Positions 25,102-37,699 of a DNA stretch of 64,000 bases are shown here, one piece after another. Where the stretch lies: positions 57,660,001 through 57,724,000 of the forward strand of contig NC_043013.1 of NCBI RefSeq assembly GCF_006345805.1, in the 5' to 3' direction. Under the pieces are notes generated by a model, which saw only the letters and a list, made by a program, of their open reading frames with translations, was not told where the DNA came from and made no database searches. Numbering within the stretch: position 1 is the first letter of the stretch; every line of letters begins with the position of its first letter. This stretch comes from Octopus sinensis (lineage: Eukaryota). Made by a program: the position numbers and the translations under genes.

Positions 25102-27246
25102 TAATTCGTTGGCATCCTTTTTGTTTCGGGAGACAATGGAGTTGCGCATAAAGTATTCTAGTTCGGCTTTTACATTTCATGTCCTGATACATTTCCTGCT
25201 GTGGCTGTGTAGTCCTATCCTGGACAAACACTCCCTCTGGCAGGTACCGCAAATGTAGCGAAGACTGTTCCTGGCTGGTTGTAATGCCATAGTTTCTTGT
25301 TGACGTCTTTTCTTGTATTTCCATTTCTCCTCTCTCTCTCTCTCTCTGTTACTCCTTTGTATTCCCTCTCTTACGGTACGTCGCCAGTCTCCACGGTTGC
25401 CGGCAACTGCCTCCCAACCGCTAATATTGATGTTGCAGGCCTTCATGTCCCTTTTGCAAACATCCTTGTAACGTAAGAGCGGTCTACTCACAGACCTAGT
25501 ACCCCTAGCAAGCTCTCCGTAGAGTATGTCCTTGGGGATTCTGCCATCTTTCATACGGCTAACATGCCCAAGCCATCTCATACGTCTTTGTGTGAGGAGT
25601 GCAGACATGCTTGGTATTCCTGCTTGCCTGAGGACATCTTTGTTGGGGATACGGTTCTGCCATTTGATGCGGAGGATTTTCCGGAGGCAGCGCAGGTGAA
25701 AGAGGTTTAGGCGACGCTCTTGGCGTGTGTATAGCGTCCAAGTCTCACTTCCATACAGTAGAGTGCTAAGTACACATGCCTGGTCGATCTTCATTTTCGT
25801 GGTCTTGGTCAGCTTATTGTTGTCCCAAGCCCGTTTGGAGAGTTGGGCCATCGCAGCAGCTGCCTTGCCAATGCGTATATTGACCTCTGCGTCGAGGGAT
25901 ATGTTGTAGGTGACGGTAGAGCCCAGATAGGTAAACTTCTCCACCACTTGTAATCTGTGGTCTCCAATATGTATGTTTGTGATGTCCGATGTAGCCTGAT
26001 CCATGATGTTGGTCTTCTTAAGGCTGATAGCTAAGCCAAAGTCGTAACATGCTTGCTCAAAACAGTTAATGAGCCTTTGGAGGGCTTCTTCTGTGTGTGA
26101 TACCAGAGCGGCATCATCAGCAACTGGCATCTCCTTGATCAGGACGTCTCTGATTTTGGTCTTGGCACGCAGGCGCGAGAGATTGAACAGTTTCCCGTCA
26201 CTTCTACAGTGCAGAAACACTCCATCATCTGATGTCTGAAAGGCATGTGAGAGTAAGAGCGAGAAGAAGATGCCAAACAATGTAGGAGTGAGGACACAGC
26301 CTTGCTTTACCCCGTTTTTTATTTGGAAGGCGGCTGATGTTGAACCGTTGTGCTGTATGGTGCCTTGCATGTCATCATGGAAAGACTTCATGATCCTCAG
26401 CAGCTTTGGTGGACATCCGATTTTTTGGAGCAGGGTGAAGAGGCCTGTTCTGCTTACCGAGTCAAAGGCCTTTGTTAGATCAATGAAGGCCATATATAAT
26501 GGCATTCTCTGCTCTCTGGACTTCTCCTGAAGTTGGCGTATGGAGAATATCGATAGTTGATCTGCTTCTTCTAAAGCCACACTGCGATTCCGGATAGATT
26601 CGAGAAGCAAGTAGTTGTAGCCTGGCCAGGATAACGCGGGCAAAGGTCTTTCCAACAGTGCTTAGAAGAGATATTCCACGGTAATTGTTACAATCACCAC
26701 GGTCACCTTTGGTTTTGTAAAGTGTAATGATGTTAGCATCCCGCATATCCTGAGGGATTGTACCCTCTTCCCAGCACTGACACAGAAGCTCATGAAGGTG
26801 CCGAAGCAGGATGGTGTTTTGCCGGCTTTGATGATCTCTGAGGGGATGCCGCCTTTTCCCGGAGCCTTGTTTCTTGCTAGGGAGTCAACAGCCTCGATGA
26901 GCTCTGCTATAGATGGCGGACTGTCAAGTTGGCACATGACTGGCAAGATCTTGATACTCGACTGCAGCCTCAGCCACTGTGGTCTCCGTGAGTAGAGATA
27001 GTGGTAGTGCTCCACCCATCTATCCATTTGCTTGCCTTGATCCCTGATGAGATCTCCAGTAGTTGATTTCAGAGGGGCTGACTTGGTTGCGGAGGGATCG
27101 AGGGCCTTCTTCAAACCGGCATACATCCCACGGGTGTCGCCACTGTCAGCAGCTGACTGGATACTCTGACAGATTTCCTGCCAATACCTATTTGCACAGC
27201 GTCTGGCTGTCAGTTGGGTTTTATTTCGTGCTTTTCTGAGTTCTAC
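25102..27246 (-). mobile_element. RTE-clade (BovB-like) LINE, 5'-truncated, frameshifted
   Basis: ORFs 26662-27258 and 25177-26655 give KAPGKGGIP, AFIDLTKAFDSV, GVKQGCVLTPTLF, ADD, FTYLGS, LYGSETW and terminal CGTCQRECLSRIGLHSHSRKC. The 3' end reads ccattgtctcccgaaac...ggatgccaac. Confidence 0.93.
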
Positions 27247-27567
27247 ATGCATATACATACAAATATATATATATATGTGTGTGTGTATGTGTATATATAT
27301 ATATATGTATGTATATATATGTGTATATGTATATATATGTATATATGTATATATATATATGTGTATATATATGTGTATATGTATGTGTATATATGTGTAT
27401 ATGTATTTATATATATGTGTATATGTATGTATATATATATGTGTATATGTATGTATATATATATGTGTATATGTATGTATATATATGTGTATATGTATGT
27501 ATATATATGTGTATATGTATGTATATATATGTGCATATGTATGTATATATATGTGTATATGTGTATA
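27247..27567. repeat. (TA)n/(TATG)n compound microsatellite
   Basis: Visible directly; lies between the RTE 5' end and a CR1 5' end. Confidence 0.95.
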
Positions 27568-28565
27568 TGATGTTCATAGTGGCCCTTTCAGACATGCCTT
27601 CAGTTGCTACGATGACCACTTTTGCTAGCTATGCAGATGACACAAAAGTCTCCCACGCAATACAAAACCCTGAAAATATTGCGCATTTGCAACATGAGCT
27701 GGACACAATATACAAGTGGGCTGAGGACAACAACATGCAGTTTCATGCAGGTAAGTTCCAGGCCCTGCGCTACTGGCACACAAAGGTAAATGACGTAAAG
27801 ACTGGATACACTGGCCCAGGAAGAATTGCAAAATCAGTGCGTGACCTGGGCATTGACATGAGCAATGATGCATCTTTCCAAATGCATATTGCTAATCTGG
27901 TGATAAAATGCAGACGGCTAGCTGGATGGATTCTCCGAACTTTCAGAACAAGAGAGAAGGAGACACTGATGGTCCTATGGAAAATATTTGTCCTCAGCGG
28001 CTTGGACTGCTGCTCCCAACTTTGGTCACCACACAATATAAAACAAACAGCAGAACTCGAAGCAACTCAGAGAAGCTACACAAAGAAAATCGTCTCAATG
28101 CAAAATGTCAGCTACTGGGAAAGACTGAAGGTATTAAACCTCTTCTCCCTGGAGCGGAGGCGGGAGAGATATGCAGTGATATACATCTGGAAAATCCTGG
28201 AGGGTCTTGTCCCAAACTTTGGCATTCAAAGTTACTCCAACCGCAGAACGGGGCGCCGCTGCGTGGTGCCAACGATTCCAACATCACCATCAAAATACAG
28301 GTCCAGATACTGCAACAGCTTGGGTTTCAGAGGACCACAGCTCTTTAACATCCTCCCTAAATGCCTGAGAGACTTACATGGTGTCGATGTGGGTTTCTTT
28401 AAAACTAAACTGGATCTCTTCTTGTTGGGAGTCCTAGATGAACCTACCTCACGACAGGAGACACGGATGCGGGCAGCAGCATCGAACTCCCTTGTTGATC
28501 AAGTGCCACGTATCAGAGGTGGATTCACAAACTAGTGTAGCTCATTCAGCGGTGGTGCCCTAGCA
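27568..28565 (+). mobile_element. CR1-group LINE, subfamily 1, 3' RT fragment lacking its tail
   Basis: ALSDMP...SYADDTKV...YWERLKVLNLFSLERRRERY. Near-identical to 29950-30959, with a 12-bp deletion. Stops at ggtggtgccctagca. Confidence 0.93.
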
Positions 28566-31006
28566 CCATGGATATTATCCATAATGTTAATGTGATGCCG
28601 ACAATGATCTCGGATCACAACATAATAGAGCTGTCTATGTATGGAACAAAAGCCCCCGCAGACACACAGCCTATACGAAGCACCCACCATCTCTCCAACT
28701 TAACCTTTCATAAAGCCAACTGGAAGTCGATTGAGAAAGAGATCCTCAAACAGGATTGGCTTGAATGTCTCTCCACACCGGACATAAACATGAAACACAA
28801 ACACTTCATGTCCATAATACAAGCCATATGTGACAAATATGTCCCAATGTGCAGGGCCAGCACACACAAGAACAAAAACAGGATCCCTAGAGAAAGGAGG
28901 ATTCTTATGAGACGACGGACAAGGATTGCACACCGCCTGAGCAAGCACACCAAAAGTGGTGAGAAGTCTCGGCTCGAAAGAATGCTAATGGAAACTGAGA
29001 AAAGTCTACATCAGTCCCATGAAAAGGAGAGAGCAGATAAAGAAGCTTGGGTAATAGAAAATATAAAATCAAACCCTAAAGCTTTCTTTAAGTTTGCCAA
29101 AGAGACAGCCACAGTGCACCAGAGAATAGGACCTCTCTTCCAAAAAGATGGCTCTCTCACAGGAAATCCCACGAGGATAAGTGAAATACTGAACGAAGAG
29201 TTCCAAAGTGTGTTCACTACACCTCTAGGACACAGGCAAGTAAACAACCCAGAAGAATTCTTTGCCACTTTACCAGCGGCCAAAGAGACAAAAATTGAGT
29301 ACATCAACATCGAAGAAGATGATATCACACTAGCCATTGATGAGATTGACACAAACTCAGCTGCTGGACCTGATGGATTACCAGCGATCCTTCTCAAATC
29401 GTGCAAACGACCCCTTGCAAAACCGCTACAGCTTCTTTTTCAGAGCTTTCTTGCAAGTGGTAAGCTCCCAGTCAAACTGAAAGAGGGGGGTAATATGCCC
29501 TATCCATAAGGGAGGTAGCAGAGCAGATGCTAAAAATTATAGGCCTATCTCTCTGACCTCATACATCATCAGAGTCATGGAACGAATAGTCCGTAAGAAA
29601 CTAATCATGTTCCTTGAAGAAAATGACTTACTGTCTGACACCCAGCATGGATTTCGACCAGGTAGAGGCTGCCTAACACAGCTCCTGCAACACTATGACT
29701 GGGTGTTGAAACAGCTACTAAATGGCTCAAATGTGGATGTAATATATCTTGACTTTGCAAAAGCCTTTGATAAAGTCGACCATGGTATGATCTGTCACAA
29801 ACTGCGTGGTCTCGGCATAGGCGGGAAACTTGGAGAGTGGCTGCACAACTTCCTAAAAGACAGAAAACAGGCAGTTGTGAGCAATGGAGCCACCTCAAGG
29901 GAAACGCAAATAACAAGCGGTGTCCCACAGGGCACTGTCTTGGGGCCACTGATGTTCATAGTGGCCCTTTCAGACATGCCTTCAGTTGCTACGATGACCA
30001 CCCTTGCTAGCTATGCAGATGACACAAAAGTCTCCCACGCAATACAAAACCCTGAAAATATTGCGCATCTGCAACATGAGCTGGACACAATATACAGGTG
30101 GGCTGAGGACAACAACATGCAGTTTAATGCAGGTAAGTTCCAGGCCCTGCGCTACTGGCACACAAAGGTAAATGACGTGAAGACTGGATACACTGGCCCA
30201 GGAAGAATTGCAATCCCTGAGTCAAAATCAGTGCGTGACCTGGGCATTGACATGAGCAATGCTGCATCTTTCCAAATGCATATTGCTAATCTGGTGATAA
30301 AATGCAGACGGCTAGCTGGATGGATTCTCCGAACTTTCAGAACAAGAGAGAAGGAGGCACTGATGGTCCTATGGAAAACATTTGTCCTCAGCCGCTTGGA
30401 CTACTGCTCCCAACTTTTGTCACCACACAATATAAAACAAACAGCAGAACTCGAAGCAACTCAGAGAAGCTACACAAAGAAAATCGTCTCAATGTAAAAT
30501 GTCAGCTACTGGGAAAGACTGAAGGTATTAAACCTCTTCTCCCTGGAGAGGAGGCAGGAGAGATATGCAGTGATATACATCTGGAAAATCCTGGAGGGTC
30601 TTGTCCCAAACTTTGGCATTCAAAGTTACTCCAACCGCAGAACGGGGCGCCGCTGCGTGATGCCAAGGATTCCAACATCACCATCAAAATACAGGTCCAG
30701 ATACTGCAACAGCTTGGGTTTCAGAGGACCACAGCTCTTTAACATCCTCCCTAAATGCCTGAGAGACTTACATGGTGTGGATGTGGGTTTCTTTAAAACT
30801 AAACTGGATCTCTTCTTGTTGGGAGTCCCAGATGAACCTACTTCACGACAGGAGACACGGATGCGGGCAGCAGCATCGAACTCCCTTGTTGATCAAGTGC
30901 CACGTATCAGAGGTGGATTCACAAACTAGTGTAGCTCATTCAGCGGTGGTGCCCCAGCATGGCCGCGGCCTTCGGGCTAAAACATTTTTAAGGATTTAAG
31001 GATTTA
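28566..31006 (+). mobile_element. CR1-group LINE, subfamily 1, 5'-truncated within the endonuclease
   Basis: SDHNII (APE end), [44 protein letters not shown]; frameshift near 29490 and stop at 30495-97; tail (AAGGATTT)2. Confidence 0.95.
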
Positions 31007-31054
31007 TATGTATATATGAATATGTGTATATATATATATGTATATATATATATG

Positions 31055-31102
<48 letters not shown>

Positions 31103-31628
31103 ATTATATATATGTATATGTATATATGTATGTATATATGTATGTATATATATATGTATATGTATATATGTATATATATGTATATATATATATATGTATA
31201 TATATATGTATGTATATATTTATATGTATATATATATGTATATATATATATATGTATATATATATGTATATATATATATATATGTATATATATATGTTTA
31301 TATATATGTATATATATATGTATAGATAATATATATATGTATATATATATGTATGTATATATGTATGTATATATGTATGTATATATATATATATTATATA
31401 TATATATGCATATATATAGTGTATATATCTATATGTTATATATATATGTATATATATGTGTATATATATGTGTGTATATATATATGTATATATATGTGTA
31501 TATATATATGTATATATATGTGTATATATATATGTATATATATGTATATATATATGTATATATATATGTATATATATGTGTATATATATGTGTATATATA
31601 TATATGTATATATATATATGTATATATG

Positions 31629-31659
<31 letters not shown>

Positions 31660-32112
31660 GTATATATATATATGTATATATATATGTGTATATATAAATA
31701 TATATGTGTATATATAAATATATATGTGTATACTTGAACAAAACTTGACTTAAACAGGATTCGAATTATCCTATCAGGTGGTGCTATTAAGTTAGACATG
31801 GCCTGGACCAATCTCTGGTCGAAACATCTAAGTTTTATCTAAGTTTTATATGTGTATATATAAATATATATGTGTACATATATATATATGTGTGTATATA
31901 TATATATATATGTGTGTGTATATATATATATATGTGTATATATATATGTGTGTGTATATATATATGTGTATATATATATGTATGTATATTTATGTATTTA
32001 TATATGTATATATATTTGTATATATATATATATATATGTATATTATATATATATGTATATATATATATATGTTATACATATATATGTATATATATATGTT
32101 TATATATATATG

Positions 32113-32143
<31 letters not shown>

Positions 32144-32405
32144 GTTTATATATATATATATATGTATACATATATATATGTATATATATTTTTTTATTTA
32201 TTATATAGAAGGAGCTTCAACAGGACTAGCTGTTTCATTCGAGAGAAATCATCAGGACTTGATGATTTCTCTCGAATGAAGCAGTTCTAGTCCTGTAGAA
32301 GCTCCTTCTATATAATAAATTATTTTACTCTGCTATGTATTGAGTACCTTATTTACTGTGGTTAACCCCGAATCAACCCGGGACCTACATATATGTATAT
32401 ATATA

Positions 32406-32452
<47 letters not shown>

Positions 32453-32484
32453 GTATATATATAATGTATTATATATATAATATG

Positions 32485-32555
<71 letters not shown>

Positions 32556-32704
32556 GTATAATAATATATGTATATATATATATGTAAATATATATATATG
32601 TATATATATATATGTATGTATATACATATATATGTATATATATATATATATATATATAATATGTATATATATATATGTATATATGTATATGTAATATATA
32701 TATG

Positions 32705-32758
<54 letters not shown>

Positions 32759-32773
32759 TATATATTATATATG

Positions 32774-32836
<63 letters not shown>

Positions 32837-32867
32837 CTATGTATATATATAATGTATATATATAATG

Positions 32868-32900
<33 letters not shown>

Positions 32901-32921
32901 GTATATATATATAATATTATG

Positions 32922-32956
<35 letters not shown>

Positions 32957-33151
32957 GTATTATATATATATATGTATATATATATATATAATATATATAT
33001 ATATATTATATATTATATAATGTTATGTATATATGTATATAATATATATGTATATATATATATATGATATATATATATATATATATATGTATATAATATA
33101 TGTATATATATATATATATTATGTATATATATATATATATATGTATATATA
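31007..33151. repeat. Large (TA)nTG microsatellite block with two unique islands (31730-31845 and 32196-32388)
   Basis: Visible directly; source of the YIYI-type ORFs. Confidence 0.95.
32196..32320. repeat. Palindrome with about 60-bp arms and 5-nt loop, containing hammerhead core motifs
   Basis: Arms 32196-32254 and 32260-32320, loop ggact; two substitutions and one 2-nt indel seen. Confidence 0.92.
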
Positions 33152-33425
33152 TAAAATATTATTGGTGAATTGAAGAAATGGAGCTGAACGCAGATTGAAC
33201 AGAAATCGTTTTATTTCATTCTACACGTGTTTCGAAAGGCACAATTTACCAACGGATTTCCAACGGATTTCCTATTTCTTCCTGAAGAGAAAGACAGAAT
33301 ATGGTCCCATTATTCAATCGGATTTTGGTAAATTGTGCCTTTCGAACACGTGTAGAATGAAAATAAAAACGATTCTGTTCAATCTGCGTTCAGCTCCATT
33401 TCTTCAATTCACCAATAATATTTTA
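33152..33425. repeat. Inverted repeat with about 100-bp arms and 72-bp spacer
   Basis: Arms 33152-33252 and 33325-33425; the spacer carries an 11-bp tandem duplication (caacggatttc)2. Confidence 0.93.
33274..33364 (+). ncRNA. Type I hammerhead ribozyme motif with one A missing from GAAA
   Basis: atttcttc-CTGAAGA(33282-88)-GAAAG...CTTTC-GAA-C-ACGT-GTA^(33354)-gaatgaaaat. The inverted arm retains the intact GAAAC. Confidence 0.7.
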
Positions 33426-33569
33426 ACTTCAATTATCCGCACCAACGCACGGTTGCAACACCATATGGTTATACCTCCAACCGTGCTGTTTACTGCTGTG
33501 ATTTTTGCTACCAAGGTATCGGTTAAACTTTTGATTAATCTACTACAAGATTATTCATCTTTCTATTTC

Positions 33570-33571
33570 AC

Positions 33572-33614
<43 letters not shown>

Positions 33615-34150
33615 GTATATATATATATGTATATATATATGTATGTATGTATACATATATATTTGTATGTATATATATATGTATGTATGTATATATATAT
33701 GTATCTATGTATATATATGTATGTATGTATATATATATATATATGTATGTATGTATATATATGTATGTACGTATGTATATATATGTATGTTTGTATGTAT
33801 ATATATGTATGTATGTATGTATATATGTATGTATGTATGTATATATATGTATGTATGTATGTATATATGTATGTATGTTTGTATATATATGTATGTATGT
33901 ATATATATGTATGTATGTATGTATATATATGTATGTATGTATATATATGTATGTATGTATGTATATATATGTATGTACGTATGTATATATATGTATGTAT
34001 GTATATATATGTATGTATGTATGTATATATATGTATGTATGTATGTATATATATGTATGAATGTATGTATATATATGTATGTATGTATGTATATATATGT
34101 ATGTATGTATGTATATATATGTATGTATGTATATATATATATGTTTGTAT
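33570..34150. repeat. (TATG)n/(TA)n microsatellite
   Basis: Visible directly. Confidence 0.95.
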
Positions 34151-35280
34151 ATAGTGAGCGGTGTTCCGCAAAAATAGTGAGCGGTGTTCCGCAGGGCACT
34201 GTTCTGGGACCACTACTGTTCATAATGGCCCTCTCAGACATGCCCTCAGCCACGCGGAGAGCCACGATCACAAGTTATGCAGATGATACAAAAGATTCAC
34301 AGGCAATACAGAATCCTGAGGACACTAAACACCTGCAATGTGAGCTGGACGAAATATACAAGTGGGCGGAAAAGAATAGCATGCATTTCAATGCTGGAAA
34401 GTTTCAAGGTTTATAATATCAGCATACAAAACTGAATGCAATACCCAATGAATACACTGGACCCGGAGGGATTGCAATCCCAGAGGCACAATCAGTGCGG
34501 GACCTGGGTATTCACATGAGTGATGACGCAACCTTTCATGTACATGTTGCTAAACTGACAATGAAATGTAGACGGCTGGCTGGATGGATTCTTAGAACCT
34601 TTAGAACAATAGAACAAGAAACCATGATGGTCCTCTGGTAGACACTTGTCCTAAGCCACTTTGACTATTGCTCTCAGCTATGGTCACCATCCAGTGTCAA
34701 GTTGATCACAGAACTTGAGGCGATCCAACGAAGCTACACGAAGAAGATAGCCTCTATGCAGAATGTAAGCTACTGGGAAAGACTCAAGAGATTAAAATTA
34801 TATTCCCTGCAGCGTAGGCGGGAAAGATATGCCATAATATACATCTGGAAGATCCTGGAGGGAAGTGTCCTGAACTTTGGCATCGAGAGTTACCCAAATG
34901 CCAGAACTGGGCGCCACTGCGTGTTGCCTAGGACTCCAAACCTGCCATCAAGATGTAGGACAAGATTCTGTGATAGCCTGGGCTTCCGAGGCCCACAGCT
35001 CTTCAATATCCTCCCGAAGAACCTGAGAGACCTGCATGGGGTGGATACAGATGTCTTTAAAATGAAGCTGGATCTCTTCCTGTCAGGTGTCCCAGATGAA
35101 CCAACTTCACGGCAGGAGGGGCAGATGAGAGCAGCTGCATCGAACTCTCTCATGCACCAAATAGCAGTTGCTAGAAAGCCCCCATGAAGTGAAACCAAGT
35201 AGCAACACCAAATGGCGGTGCCCCAGCATGGCCACAGCTCATAAGCTGAAACTAGAATCAATCAATCAATCAATCAATCA
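34151..35280 (+). mobile_element. CR1-group LINE, subfamily 2, 5'-truncated 3' fragment
   Basis: [34 protein letters not shown]; in-frame stops; tail ctaga(atca)n; 20-bp duplication at the 5' junction. Confidence 0.93.
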
Positions 35281-35348
35281 TATGTATGTATGTATATATA
35301 TATATGTATGTATATATATATGTATGTATGTATGTATATATATATATG

Positions 35349-35380
<32 letters not shown>

Positions 35381-35760
35381 TATATGTATGTATATATATG
35401 CATGTATGTATATATATATATATGTATGTATGTATATATATATGTATGTATGTATATATATATATGCATGTATGTATATATATATATATGTATGCATATA
35501 TATATATATGTATGTATGTATGTATATATATGTATGTATGTATGTATATATGTATGTATGTATATATATGTATGTATGTTTGTATATATATATATGTATG
35601 TATGTATTTATATATATGTATGTATGTATATATGTATGTATGTATGTATATATGTATGTATGTATATATATATATATATGTATATATATATGTATATATG
35701 TATATATATATATATGTATATATAAATATATATGTATATATATATGTATGTATGTATATA
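35281..35760. repeat. (TATG)n/(TA)n microsatellite
   Basis: Visible directly. Confidence 0.95.
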
Positions 35761-35882
35761 TAACAATTTAGGAGTGACCCCAACAGGTCACTCGTCCACC
35801 AGAAAGAGCAGCCATAACTCACACCGCCAAGTAGTAGTAATTCAGAAATTAGGTGAAAATTTAAAAACATTTACCCTAATTC

Positions 35883-35986
35883 ATCTTTTAGACGTTGCAA
35901 CGTTTCTGTGTCATTAATGATTAAATTAGCTTAATTAAATTAAATTAAGCCAATCTACCATAGGTTACACTTCATCAGTAAAAGAC
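35883..35986 (-). ncRNA. Type I hammerhead ribozyme motif, unit 1
   Basis: Minus strand: GUCUUUUA-CUGAUGA-A-GUGU...ACAC-A-GAAA-CGUU-GC-AACGUC^-UAAAAGAU. Stem I is 8 bp, stem III is 5 bp, the site is GUC, and 10.1/11.1 is an A.A mismatch. Confidence 0.85.
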
Positions 35987-36356
35987 CTGGGAGAGACAAA
36001 TATACACGAGGCGTCTGTATCGATGCCTACGGGATATCTGACTTAAAATTTTCAAGACTGACGTATTCGCGCCAAACTTATCAGCAGTAAATATAAACTG
36101 CCGATTCAATCTCAGAATTATTCAGAAAATTATCAATTAGTCAATTTAGGGTAGCAAAAAAATTCAATAGAAATTTATCGCAACCAGCGGCCTGGTGGAA
36201 AAGAGAAAATAGTCATCGACCAAATATATAAATATAACAATTTAGGAGTGACCCCAACAGGTCACTCGTCCACCAGAAAGAGCAGCCATAACTCACACCG
36301 CCAAGTAGTAGTAATTCAGAAATTAGGTGAAAATTTAAAAACATTTACCCTAATTC

Positions 36357-36460
36357 ATCTTTTAGACGTTGCAAAGTTTCTGTGTCATTAATGATTAAAT
36401 TAGCTTAATTAAATTAAATTAAGCCAATCTACCATAGGTTACACTTCATCAGTAAAAGAC
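36357..36460 (-). ncRNA. Type I hammerhead ribozyme motif, unit 2
   Basis: Same as unit 1 with one substitution in stem III (GAAACUUUGCAACGUC). Confidence 0.8.
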
Positions 36461-36732
36461 CTGGGAGAGACAAATATACACGAGGCGTCTGTATCGATGC
36501 CTACGGGATATCTGACTTAAAATTTTCAAGACTGACGTATTCGCGCCAAACTTATCAGCAGTAAATATAAACTGCCGATTCAATCTCAGATTATTCAGAA
36601 AATTATCAATTAGTCAATTTAGGGTAGCAAAAAAATTCAATAGAAATTTATCGCAACCAGCGGCCTGGTGGAAGAGAGAAAATAGTCATCGACCAAATAT
36701 ATAAATATAACAATTTAGGAGTGACCCCAACA

Positions 36733-37699
36733 TATATGTATATATATATACGTATATATATGTATATATATATGTATATATATGTATATATATGTATATA
36801 TGTATATATATATGTATATATATGTATATATGTATATATATGTATATATGTATATATATGTATATATGTATATATGTATATATATGTATATATGTATATA
36901 TATATGTATATATGTATATATATGTATATATGTATATATATATGTATATATGTATATATGTATGTATATGTATATATGTATATATGTATTTATGTATATA
37001 TATATATGTATATATATGTATATATATATATATGTATATACATATATATATATATATGTATGTATATATACATATATATGTAATTATATATATATGTATG
37101 TATATATATATGCATATATATATATATATGTATATATATATATGTATATTTATATGTATATATATATGTATATATATATATATGTATATATGTGTATATA
37201 TATATATATGTATATGTACATATATATGTATATGTATATATATATGTATATATATATATAGTATGTATATATGTATATGTATATATGTATATGTATATAT
37301 GTATATGTATATGTATATATATATGTATATGTATATATATATATGTATATATGTATATGCATATATATGTATATGTATGTATATATATATATGTATATAT
37401 ATATGTATATATATATATGTATATATGTATATGTATATATACGTATATATGTATATATATATGTATATATACATGTATATATGTATATATATATGTATAT
37501 ATATATATGTATATATATGTATATATATATATGTATTTGTATGTATATATGTATATATATATGTATATATATGTATATATGTATATATATGTATATATGT
37601 ATATATATATGTATATATATGTATATATATATATATATATACATATATATGTATATATATATGTATATATGTATATATATGTATATATATATGTATATA
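36733..37699. repeat. (TA)nTG microsatellite, about 1 kb
   Basis: Visible directly. Confidence 0.95.

Larger units (their letters stand above)
35761..36732 (-). repeat. Head-to-tail tandem of a 474/473-bp unit (about 2.05 copies), retrozyme-like or Penelope pLTR-like
   Basis: The anchor taacaatttaggagtg occurs at 35761, 36235 and 36708. Three differences between units seen by eye. Each unit carries a hammerhead motif. Confidence 0.93.
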
